A DNA stretch of 64,000 nt, taken from positions 1-64,000 of IMG/VR virus record IMGVR_UViG_3300031994_000047; one strand, 5' to 3'. The stretch comes from a virus (Duplodnaviria > Caudoviricetes). The position numbers and the translations under genes were made by a program. Below, one piece after another: positions 49,494 through 60,307 of the stretch; within the stretch, counting starts at the first letter, position 1; each line of letters begins with the position of its first letter. A model generated the notes under the pieces. It was given only the letters and a program-made list of their open reading frames with translations. It searched no databases and was not told where the DNA came from.

Positions 49494-50558
49494 TTAAAAC
49501 CCATAAGGATTTTCCATGGTTTGTGGAATATTGCTCATTTTATAAGTAGCCCAGTTATAATTAGTCAAAATAGCACAACCCATCTTCTTCCAAGCATAAA
49601 GCTCGATAGAATTATCTCTATTCTCATGATCCTTAATCTGAGTTTGACCCTCAAGCACAACCTTCACAACCTTCTCTTTTCCAGTAGGAAGTATGTAAGC
49701 AAGTTGAGGATCGATCCAAGTCTTAGTATTGGTTTCATCAATGAAAGACTGAGGAATCTGAACGATCGGCGCGCCACGGAAGATATTGATATATCCAGTT
49801 CTATGAATGGCTTCAATATCATCTGGAGAATAAATACCAACCACAGGATTAGTATTAGCACCGCCAATAGGAACAATAGCATCAGGACCCATAGCCGCAA
49901 CAAACTCAGGTGGTGCAAAGATAGTCACACCATCACCATAAGCTCTTACGACGTTCATAAGTTGAACCATCTTATCAGCTTCAAAATCACCAAGGGCCTC
50001 ATATTTATTTGTATTTGGCATATTATTGAAAGCAGCACGAAGAGCCTTCTGAACTTCCATATAGACAGCATCAATCAAGCCATCGCTAATAATGCTAGCA
50101 ACCTCTGCAAGAGACTCAGCGCCATCAAGCATACGCTCGAAGTCAATAGTAGCACCGCCACCAACTGCGTGAGCAGCAACTTCAAAAGTATTGCTATCAA
50201 GTCTGAAAGTTTCATAAACACCAGAAAGACCAACTTGAGTCAAAAACTTCTTAGCGCGCTCTTTACCAGCTCTCTTCTTAAAGATAGCCTTCTCACCTTG
50301 TGCCACAGTCTGCACCTCAGCGAAAGGAGCAAGAGCAGAAGCAACAGTCTTAGGAAGAACTTCATCAACACTCTCAACAATAATTTGATAAATGTCGTAT
50401 CTGTTCTTCATAAACATATTAACAGAACCAGCAAGTTCCTTTAGACCATCGGCAAAAGCCGCATCCATATCAATTTGAGTTCCTTCCTTCGCATAGTTAG
50501 CAGGAACAGTGCCCTTAATTGCATGAAGGGCGATTTCTCTTAATTCACTAAAAGTCAT
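49494..50558 (-). CDS. Major capsid protein
   Basis: 354 aa, after protease/scaffold and decoration genes, strongly biased codons, no TAG, followed by terminator. Confidence 0.8.
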   Translation of the reverse strand: MTFSELREIALHAIKGTVPANYAKEGTQIDMDAAFADGLKELAGSVNMFMKNRYDIYQIIVESVDEVLPKTVASALAPFAEVQTVAQGEKAIFKKRAGKERAKKFLTQVGLSGVYETFRLDSNTFEVAAHAVGGGATIDFERMLDGAESLAEVASIISDGLIDAVYMEVQKALRAAFNNMPNTNKYEALGDFEADKMVQLMNVVRAYGDGVTIFAPPEFVAAMGPDAIVPIGGANTNPVVGIYSPDDIEAIHRTGYINIFRGAPIVQIPQSFIDETNTKTWIDPQLAYILPTGKEKVVKVVLEGQTQIKDHENRDNSIELYAWKKMGCAILTNYNWATYKMSNIPQTMENPYGF

Positions 50559-50577
50559 TATTATACCCTCCTTTCAA

Positions 50578-51114
50578 TTAAGCATTATAAACTTGGAACT
50601 TCACGCCATACTGACCATCAGGCATTGTAGTACCCTTAACTGCGCGCAGAACAACGCCAACAGTAGGAACAGTAGTAGAAACAGCGATAGAACCATCAGA
50701 ACTTGTAGTACCATAAACAGTACCACTCTCAACCGCCGACTTCAAAGCAGTCTCAGTAGCAAACTCAGTGGTATTATAAGAAATGCAGTTAGTAGTGAAC
50801 TTATCACCAACGGAAAGATAACCAAGACGAGGATAGAAGTCATTTGTTCCAAGAGCAAAATTCTTCAAACCAGGAGTTCTTTCATCATAAATGTGTTCTG
50901 AACTATAATTAATAGCAACAGGAAGAGAGGTGTCAACTGCAAACTTCACAACTCTATTCACATTATCAACAGCAAGAATCATACCATTTTCGGCAACCTT
51001 GCCATTAAAATCAGTGGTGTCTAGGGCACATTGAGCTTCAATACGACCATCTCTACGGAAGGCGCAGTTATTGATCTCAAGCTGACCATAGCCATCGATA
51101 ACTAATCTAGCCAT
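50578..51114 (-). CDS. Capsid decoration/stabilising protein
   Basis: Start MARLVIDGYGQLE after GGAGGA; between scaffold and MCP; no TAG. Confidence 0.6.
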   Translation of the reverse strand: MARLVIDGYGQLEINNCAFRRDGRIEAQCALDTTDFNGKVAENGMILAVDNVNRVVKFAVDTSLPVAINYSSEHIYDERTPGLKNFALGTNDFYPRLGYLSVGDKFTTNCISYNTTEFATETALKSAVESGTVYGTTSSDGSIAVSTTVPTVGVVLRAVKGTTMPDGQYGVKFQVYNA

Positions 51115-51134
51115 TTTATATTCCTCCAAATATA

Positions 51135-52502
51135 TTATTTCTTGTATTTATCTAAAAAGGCTTCAATTCCAGATTTTGGCTGCTCCTTTGGAAGCACACC
51201 GCCCGCATTAGAATTTTTGAAGAAAGCAAAGTTTGTTTTCTTTAATTCATAAGCAAGTCTCATATCAAGTTCTTCAGCAGTATAAGAATCTAAGTTAGAA
51301 GAATAAGTATCTAGGACTTCCTCAGACAACTTATCATTATACTCTGCAATTACAGCAAGTTTATTCTGTTTCTCAATATCAGACTTATATGTTCTTAAAG
51401 ATTCAACTTCAGTCTTCAAACCTTCAAGTTCTGCGGTTTGCGCAGTATAAGTTGTATTAAGAGCGTCAAAATCATTTTGAATTTTTTCCTTATCCATTTC
51501 TAAAGTAGAAATCTAATTTGATTTCTCGTCTAATTTGGTGACATAATCTGCATTTTGAGTGTAAATTTCTTCAACCTTTTCAATCTTTTCATTTACAAGC
51601 TCAAAATTACCACCATTAAGTTCACGCAAACGATTTAAAACTGCGCGCTCTGTTTCAGTCACATCTTCAATAAAACAAACTTCTTCTTTTGTAATTTGAA
51701 GACTATTGGTTTCATCGTTCTTCTAATAATAAGCTCTACGATGCGCGCCAGTCTCTGTATCCATTACAATTGCATACTCATCATAAACCGCGCAAATGCA
51801 AGAAGTGATAATCCAACCACCCTCTTCAGAGTACAAAGGGTTCAGTAAGGTCCAAAGAGCATCAAACTTCTCATCATCAGATAATTTAAAATTAAGCTTT
51901 GGCATTGGCTCCTCCTTCTATAAACTAAATTGTTTTATTCTTTCTATTGTATCTTCAATTTGTTTCTAAAGGGTGAAGAATGAAGCCCCTTCAAAACAAG
52001 GCTCTACTTTATCTCCTAAAACCTAAAGTCCTAAGAAGGAGCCACTCTCAAAAACTGCATATTTCACACCTTGAATTATTTCAAAGTGGTACTTTAAAGT
52101 AGGCGGAAAAAGTTCCATTGAAAGTCCTTTTCCAGTTATGGTATTTGCTTCTGGATAAAGTGCAGTATAAAGCAAAACGTCCGCGCAAGCATATATTCTT
52201 TCCACCCCATCTTCATCTAAATGAGGTTCCCACGCAAAGTTTAAATCTGCAGGAACGATACCATAAATGCGCCCCTCTGTTCTTTTTTTTCCATGATCGG
52301 TAAAATCATCAGTATCAAAAATTCCCTTTACTGGCACATAAGGAAGTGAATCAATAAGGCTCTATGCAAAATCGTCAGTTATAAAAGTACCATTACGATT
52401 CGCGCCCTTATAAAAAATTCTTGCGCGCGCTCTAGATAAAGTTTCATTTACCTAAGTTAATTCGCTATAAATCACTATAGGAAAATCTAAACTTATAGCC
52501 AC
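51135..52502 (-). CDS. Prohead protease-scaffold protein (GTG start; TAG=Gln)
   Basis: NRNG, SMEL, GL(Q)VLGDKVEPCFEGA protease motifs; coiled-coil C-terminus; one frame. Confidence 0.75.
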
Positions 52503-52505
52503 TTA

Positions 52506-53975
52506 TCATTCACCTCCCTAATTATCAATTGCTTGTTGATTTTGAATCGTTTTGTCCGATTTATCCTCAAGCTTTTTCTCTGGTGCGCCAGGCTCTCCAG
52601 ACTATGTATAAGAAGAAGTAAGTGGGCGCATTTTATCAGCAAGTTGAAGCACATCATTTTCTAGGTCTTTAATATCAGTAAATTGCTTCTAAGTAAGACC
52701 CGCCGCAACTGCTGGCACTAAGAAACTGTAACCGCTTGAAGCAAGCTTCAATGCAGTTGTAATATACTCATCTTGATTATAATAACTTACGGGAAGAATT
52801 TCAAAGCTAAAGGAAATATTAGAATTACTAAACAAAGAATTCAAAATATTCGTAAAGAAATGTGCATATTTATTTCCAAGTATCATCATAAGAGATAAAT
52901 CATTTTTTATTGAAATTGGAATTGCTTGCGAGCCAGTCGGCGCAAATATTTCAGAACTTACACCAGCATTAGCATAAACATTTTGAAAGATTTGTTTAAT
53001 TGCATTTGCAACATTTTCGCCCGAAGTTTTAGATACGACCGCATCAACATCAGTATAAGTGGTTAAAACTGAAAGATTTTTATTTCCACTTAACATTTTT
53101 ACTGAACCTTCATGCATTACTTTCGCTTCTTCTGGTTCAAAAAGTAATTGTCCATCTGTTAAATGTGGCACTTTTTGTACTATAATCTTTTTAATTTCTT
53201 CTAATTGGCGCTCAAGATCTGTATCAATTGCCTAATCATATTTTAAAATATCTGGTATAATAGGTATAAGAATTGGCAAACTATCATCAAAGAAAGTAAA
53301 ACAAACTCCCACATCTGCTGATACCATACACCAAGGATTTGATACTTTTCCTTTAGAATAACGTCTATAATGATTTGCGATCTCTTTAGGGTAAGTTTTT
53401 AATGCGGTTTCTCTTAGATATTCATCAACAATAGAATCAAAATATGTTACCTTAAACTCTAAAATATCATTTCCATAAATATCTTTGTAAATAGAACGGC
53501 AATATTCTGTTGGCAAATCAAAAAGAACAAAACTATCTTTTGTTTTCTCTTGAATAATTCCATAATACGCGCCATAAATCAAAACTCGTAATGAAACACG
53601 AGTTAAGACTTCGCGCAAATGTAAATTTTCGATATAATCTAAAGAGGTATAATACTTCTTTAATATATTTTGGGTGGAGAGTTTACTATTGGTTCTTATA
53701 TGAGGAATCAATAACCCGCTATATGTTAAAAGAGAAGCATAATACATTAAGATACGGCGATAAATTGCATTTCGATCATAGAAGTATCTTGAGAGATATT
53801 GTTGAGAAATTGCCTCACCAGAATTTATTATACGTTCTATTTCTTCAAGAGAGTAATCATATCGAGGAGAAAAATATTGAGAGTAATATGTTTCTTTCCA
53901 GGACGCGGCATTTTTTGCTACGAGTTCGCGCGAAATGTTAGAGAAACAACTTAGATCTCTTTTCACATCTTTCAT
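52506..53975 (-). CDS. Portal protein (TAG=Gln)
   Basis: 489 aa directly after terminase; PLTSSYT(Q)SGEPGAP C-terminus. Confidence 0.75.
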
Positions 53976-53977
53976 TT

Positions 53978-56883
53978 TTATCCTCCTGTAAAGAATACTA
54001 ATTGTCTATTTGAAGATTGTTGGCGTTTATACCTTTTTAGATTTTCTTCTTCGAGTTCTTTTATGCGCCAAAGCCCATATTCAAAAGCAGAAAATTTATC
54101 TTTAGGAAAACGAGAATTTATTTTCTCTAAGACAATATCCAAACCGCTTCTTTTAAGTCGAAGATTCGCCATTTCTTCAAAAAGACGAGTAGTCATTTCA
54201 TGCGGCATTAATCGTTGAGTTCGTTGCTCGAAACTCATTTTTTGACCTATTTTTGTAGCGAGTAATCTCGCGCGCGCCTCTTGTTCTGTAATAAGAAATC
54301 TCACCATGCCGCTATTTACTCTTGTGTAAGCATTACTATGGATTTTTGAGTTAAGTGGTCCATTTGCTTTTAAAGAGTATAAGATTTGAGGCGCTTCTTT
54401 TGGCTAAACTTTTTGGTAATCTTTACTATTAAAGAAACCAAGTGGAGCAAGTTCCTATCCTTTTTCATTGAATTGGGTTTGAATCATTTCATCTGCAAGA
54501 CCTACCAGTTACCTTCCGCGCGAGTCGTTAAGTCGCGCGCGTTCATATGAACTGCTATATATTTCTATATAGTTGAGACTATATCTTTATCTTTTATAAG
54601 ATATCCCCTATTTCGACTCACTTGAGCCTACGGTATAAAACCTAGTCGTTGAACATTATTTAAGATTGGAAGTAACTTCGCGCCACATTCTACCATTTTT
54701 AATCTTACCGATTATATCTGGATGTACACCATATTCATTAGATAAATCTATATTCCGTTCACCATTATTTCCACGGATATAAATTTCTTTTACCTAATTT
54801 GGTGTTAGCTTTGCAGCGCCATTCACTTTTGCTCGTAATCCATTTTCCATGGCGTGATGAATATTTTCTTCACAAGTTACCCATTCAAGGTTATATAAAC
54901 AATTATTTGTTTTGTCTCCATCAATATGATTAACTTGAAGTTGATCCATGTTTGGGACTGGACAAAAATTTTCCATTATCAGACGATGCACTGAATAACG
55001 ATGAACCTTCTTAGGCGGTAAATCAGTTGAACATAATGCAACCTTCATATATCCATCCTTATCTTTGGTTTGAGAAAGAAATTTATTGCTTCTTTCACTC
55101 CAAATTCTGCCATCATCTGTTACATAATAATTGAATTTTAATGGATACTTACAAATAGTAATTAGTTTCTTTTCCATATATATACACCTCCAATAAAAGT
55201 GTTTTTATCTTAAATCTTTGCTGCTGATTGTCCATAAGGAGTTTCCAGCAATTAAAGGGATTTTACTTGAGCATTTAGTCTACCCAAGCCGTTGCAATCC
55301 ATCACGACTTCTCGCGGATTAAATCTCTCAATCAATGTTTTCAAATCTGCTGCTTGGCGCGCGAAAGTTTTAGTTTCTGCTTGGCGTCCAATAACATATA
55401 AATTAACGAGCGTAGCATAGTATTTTCCATTTCGCACTATAACTTTAAAGATACAAACAACAGATTGGTCGTGTAATCTACCTACCAATACTTTCTATAT
55501 GACGCGTTAAGTCATATACGTTCTCTTATGAACTGCTATATGTTTCCATATAGATAAGACTATATCTTTATCTCATAGAGATATTTTCCATTTCGATCTA
55601 CTTAGATCTACTTCCTCTCGGAATAGTCGTTGAGCCAGTTTATACTGGCGCGGATTGGCTATTTTTTGTAGTACTTAGGTTTACACCATATACCATCTTG
55701 ATATTTGTTTCTACTTTCGTAACGTCATAATCTGAGGAAGATTATTTTAGTATATCAAGCTTTAAGCGTTCCCCGCATTAAAGAAAATTTACGCACACCG
55801 ATTACTCGGTGTGGGGACATAAATTTTATCCACCGAAAATAAGTAAAAATAATCGCTATTCTATAAACTTTTTTGCTGCCATTCTGGATTAACAAGTTTT
55901 CGATATTTTCCAATTTTATTAAAATCAAACCAAGATTCTTTACTTCCCCCATCCCAAATTCCTAAATACTCTGCCGCAAAAGTCTTTTCATCATAAGAAG
56001 GAGAAAGCTTTAAGTTCTATACATACTTTTTATCAATAAGTCCGTGCAAAACTGGAATACGATAATCTAGCCCCATACAGAAACTAGTTTTAGGACTTAT
56101 AATTGATTGTTCAAGTACATCTATAAGCGCCGCATATGCGTAAGAAGATTTCTATCCCGCAGATGTAGCATATATAACTTGTGTATTAATAGACTCGTTT
56201 TGGTTTATAAGTCCATTTTCCATTCTTCTAGACACGTTCATCTAAGGAAGAATGATTTCTGCTATTGCGTCACCGTCCTAATCGCGCGCTTCATCTATGA
56301 GCGTTGCGTGCGTTCTAATTCCTCTGTCGGAATCAAGCGCACCGACCACTGATAATTTACTTCCATTTTTGAAGTATAACTCAGCATAATCTTTTGAAAA
56401 GTTCGCGCGCGGCTCTCCACCATAAACTTCTAACTCATCTTTTAATAGAGGCCAAATGCGCCATATCTCTTGAACTTTTTGTTTTGTTATCTTTGAAGCC
56501 TATGACTTGTTCGGCGCAACGATAGAGCCAACATGATGTGGCAAGAACATACACTAAAGATACTTCGCAAGTATTGCAAGAAATGTTTTTGATGTAGCAC
56601 GCGCCGCAGTAATGTACACATTCGTATATCTCATGCAGGCGCGCAAGAATAATCTCTAATAAGGAAAAAGCTTAAAATTTGATTTTACTGGAGTAATGTG
56701 ATCCAAATATATATCAGGATACACAGTATATAGACTCCACATATTCGTTAAGAAATCTTCGTGCTATTCGAGCCAAGTGGGAGTAAGTATAACTCCTTTT
56801 TCTACCTCAACACCGTCGCGCAACACACGGTCGCGCGCATTAAAAGTCATTATAGGCTCGCGCAGTTTAATAGGTTCTGACAT
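53978..56883 (-). CDS. Terminase large subunit, spliced: exons 56883-55828, 55485-55282, 54505-53978 (595 aa, TAG=Gln)
   Basis: LFPY(Q)R, AARATSKT Walker A, LIDEA Walker B, SVD|VGR and DCNGLG|VG nuclease motifs restored in frame by splicing, KDKFSA. Confidence 0.88.
54506..55281 (-). mobile_element. Group I intron 2 in terL carrying HNH homing endonuclease
   Basis: P1 CUUGGGU/GCUCAAG with U.G at splice site; AAUCAGCAG, AACGACUAG, AAGAUAUAGUC; terminal G. Confidence 0.88.
54656..55177 (-). CDS. Intron-encoded HNH homing endonuclease (TAG=Gln at 54794)
   Basis: VHRL, QVNHIDGDKTNN..NLEWVT..EN..HA, KLTPN(Q)VKEI DNA-binding tail. Confidence 0.88.
55486..55827 (-). mobile_element. Group I intron 1 in terL (no ORF)
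   Basis: 5' exon ends in U, intron ends in G; P1 GGAU/GUCC; AACGACUA and AAGAUAUAGUC core elements. Confidence 0.85.
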
Positions 56884-57893
56884 TATACACCCCCTATTGC
56901 TCCGCCGCCATCAAACTCTTCGTTTTCAAATTGCTCGAAACCTTCGTTATCGTATTTATCTTCATCAAATTCAAATTGAATGCCATATATATCAGAGCTT
57001 TCTGTTTGAACGCCTTCTTTTGAATTTTCTTCTTGAATTGCTTTGAGTCGGCGCGTAATCTCATCACCAATACCACCTTCGTTAATATAGAGTCGTTGGT
57101 TATAGGATTGGATGTTTTTAATTGTCTCGTCTATAACGTCGCGAGTCGCGCCATCGTAGAATTGGTTTTCGCGCCCGCGCTTTTCGAGCCAAACCGCAAG
57201 TTCTCCGAAGGAACTAAAATCATTGTCGTCTTTTGAGTTCTTTGGATTAAATTCTGCGGTTTTTACGAGTTTGTCATAAGAGGATAAGAATTTATCGACA
57301 TCTTTGCTACCCGCGCGAATTTGTGAGTCAATTTCAAGTGAGAGTTTGCAAATCTTTTGAGCTTGGTCGATTTGAAGTGCGCCGTTTATGTTTTGTGTTG
57401 CGACTAAGCCTTTGTATAGGTCTTCGAGATAATCGAGTTGTTCAGGTGAGTAGTTTGCGCCCCATTTCTTTTGAAGATCTTTAACTCGTTTTTCATCGAG
57501 AAGTGGAATCTCATACTCTATTTGTGAAGCCTCTTTGAGCTTTTGATATTGATGAAAGTAATCGATCCACCCAAGAGATTTGTATTCGTCTCCGCTAAAG
57601 GTGCGCGCGTATGTAGCCCAAGTTTGCGCTGGCTATGTAAGTTCAGATATGCGTTCCCACTCTTTTACAATGAAAGGAATATCTGCCCACTAACAGACTT
57701 TGTCTATTGCTTCCCAAGAAAATTCATTTTCCCGCAAATAGTATGTAACACAAGAATTACAGAGAGGAATATGTCCATCTTTGTAGAAGTAGGAGTGAGT
57801 GGGCGCGAACTCTTCGATGTCAAAGGAGCGACCGCATTGGGCGCACGTTTTAAGGTGGGACTCACGCTCTGGAATTTTAGGGATTATGGGCAT
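56883..57893 (-). CDS. Zn-finger protein upstream of terL, possible terminase small subunit (TAG=Gln)
   Basis: CAQC..CNSC, 336 aa, TAATG overlap with terL. Confidence 0.55.
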
Positions 57894-58207
57894 TAGATTC
57901 CTACCTCCGATGCCTCGCGCGCCGTTACTGGCGAAGAAGAATCAGAAGAAGAAGAATCAGTAGAAGGTTCTATTACTTCTTTTTGTTCTATCTTCGCGCG
58001 ATTAGCATCTCCTAGAATTTGGACGAGTTCTTTTCTTCTTTTCTTACTTTGCTTCTCAAAAGAGTCCAACATAAGACCCAAAAGTACCCAAAAATCTGGA
58101 GTTTCGTCTTTCTAGAACTTAATGCCTAAAATGCGCGCGACCCCAAGAAAAATTTCGGGCTCTTTTATGCGCGCGACCTCTGTCGCGAATTTATCTTTTA
58201 ATTTCAT
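57893..58207 (-). CDS. Hypothetical protein (TAG=Gln)
   Basis: AAGGAG RBS, 104 aa, Ser-rich tail. Confidence 0.6.
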
Positions 58208-58215
58208 TTTGTGTT

Positions 58216-59508
58216 TTATCTCCTTTTTAATTTCTCACATTCCTTACAGCGAGGACTAAGTCCGTCACTAGATCTAGCCCTTCTCACAAAGAAGCGTGGA
58301 TCCTTGAGATAGACGCGGCCGCAGTCTTTGCAAACCTTAAAGTTTTCGGGGAAGGCGCAGTTTTCTAAGAGTTCTCGGTGTAATGCTGCCGCGCCCGCTA
58401 TTTTCGGAATGATTTTCTTATAGAAAAGTACAGAGATGTAATTATCTGTATAGAGTTTGGAGTATTTTTGATTGATTTCATCTCGTATTAAGAGATTTGG
58501 GGCGCCCGCACTTTTGCGCATTAGAATGTGAGATTCTATGGGGCTGAGTCGCGCGCCCGTCACGTAGAAGTCGAATGTGTCGAGGAAGGGGCGCAATTCA
58601 GAGTAGAGTGATTGGGGGAGAGTTGATTCTGCGCGGAAGCGTGGAATAAGGGGTAGGAGGGCGCGCAAATGGGATTCGTTACGGAAGTCGAAGGAGAATT
58701 TAGTGGGGGTTGTGGGCGCCCATAAGCGCGATGAGACCGCGCGCAATACTGGCTCAGAGAGTGTAGTGGGAAGTGGGAACTATGGAGCCCAGAGAGGACT
58801 TGTGGGGTCTGAGGGTTTAGTGGGTTTTAGTCCGAATGGTAGGACGCATATATCTGCGCCGAAGATTGGGGGATCTTCGGTTGGAGTGGGTTCGAGTTTG
58901 CGCGGGAAGATTGTGGGCGCAAAAGAGTCTTTGTAGTAGAATTGCGAGCTTCGGAGTTGGACCAATTGGTGACGAAGCTTAAGGTATGAGTAGGGGGTTA
59001 GAGACTTTGCGCGGGCTTCAAGGGCGGGGCGCGCAGAAGGGTCGATACGAGCTAGGAGTTCTTCGCGAGGGGTGGCGCCCGCATAAGTCGTTAGAATGTA
59101 GTCGGTTTCGTCAATTGTGTGCCAAAGGGACTCGAGTTCGCGCAAATGGGTCGGATTTGCGAGAGCTTGCGCGCGAGATCGTGAGAATTTTGTGGGTGGA
59201 ATACGAGGGCGCGGTGCGTCTAGTGGTTGGAGATCAATTTCGTTAAAAGCGGGATCTTCTAGGAGGGATTCGAGCGATTCTACGGGTTTTGAATCCCAAG
59301 TTTTATGGCGGGTTTCAAGATCAAGACCTTCTTGGCGCCCATTCTAGCCTTCGGAGTTTTTGCCCCAAAGGATATAGTTTGATAGGGTTTCGAGTTCAGT
59401 CTCGGAAAATTTTAAACGAGAGTGTTGCGCGAGAAAGTTTTGAACATATTGTGTGCGCTCTTCTCGGGTTTGGAGTGAGAAATTTAGGTTTAAGCGATTT
59501 TGGGACAT
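58216..59508 (-). CDS. Hypothetical protein with C-terminal CxxC..CxxC, possible DNA-binding regulator (TAG=Gln)
   Basis: Fragments 59344, 58780, 58216 share one frame; first gene after leftward promoter. Confidence 0.6.
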
Positions 59509-59651
59509 TATCCTAGCGGATATTCTAGCCAATATCTCCTAGTGGAGATATCCTATCGGGGATTTTGGCTAGTATTTGACCTCCTTTAAATTTTATGTGG
59601 GCGGGATATCCCTTTGGGATATCCCTTTAGGATATATCCTATCCTATTTAT

Positions 59652-59680
59652 AGTATATACGAAATTGGGGTAGATGTCAA
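59652..59680 (-). promoter_or_regulatory. Leftward sigmaA promoter
   Basis: TTGACA(59680)-17-TATACT(59657). Confidence 0.7.
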
Positions 59681-60013
59681 ATTTTCGGGCTAGAAATTTC
59701 GGTTAGAAATTTCGGACTAGAAAGTCCCGAAAGAATATGCTGTAAGGAAATTTGAATTTTTAATGTTGTAAGGAAATGTTATATTTTTGATGTTGTAAGG
59801 AAATGTTTCCAGGCGCGCACCCGGAAAATTTCCAGGTTTTGGCAAATACTGAATATACCCCCGACTCCCACCAAAAAATTTTTTTAACTTTTTTTCAAAA
59901 ACCCCTTGACATTTTCTTTTTATTATGTTATCATAAGACCGTCGGGAGGGAACACCAAACGACACCACAGGTGACCGACGGCGCCATATTCCGTCGGAGA
60001 AGGAGATACTATC

Positions 60014-60307
60014 ATGGACGAAAAAGTTACCTATAGGGAACTCATGGAAAAGGTTCACGCTATGCCACGCGCTGGCAAAAAGCCTCACGGCTTTTATCTT
60101 GACCTGGCGATTGATGAGGCACTTGAACTGTACAAGCAAGAGCATGGCTATAGAGTCACCTATTATGATGACAGTGTAACCGATGACCTCACCATGTTCG
60201 CAGGAACGCTTGAAGAATGCGAACACTACGCGCAGGAACACGCAACGGATGACCCACTAACCATCTGGGATAGCGATTGCAACGTGGTGAAGGAGGTGAT
60301 AGCATGA
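60014..60307 (+). CDS. Small early hypothetical protein
   Basis: AAGGAG RBS, promoter upstream. Confidence 0.7.
   Translation: MDEKVTYRELMEKVHAMPRAGKKPHGFYLDLAIDEALELYKQEHGYRVTYYDDSVTDDLTMFAGTLEECEHYAQEHATDDPLTIWDSDCNVVKEVIA

Noticed and set aside
49521-50444. 307-aa + strand ORF and similar antisense ORFs (e.g. 4535-4918, 26405-26920, 42442-42837)
   Set aside because: Shadow frames opposite well-supported genes, without RBS or motifs
54506-55827. Inteins or frameshifts in terminase
   Set aside because: Insertions contain TAA/TGA stops and group I RNA core motifs with U/G boundaries, consistent with introns
1324-59508. Massive pseudogenisation or sequencing errors implied by fragmented ORFs
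   Set aside because: Breaks are TAG in a constant frame, often at conserved Gln positions; genes are intact under code 15
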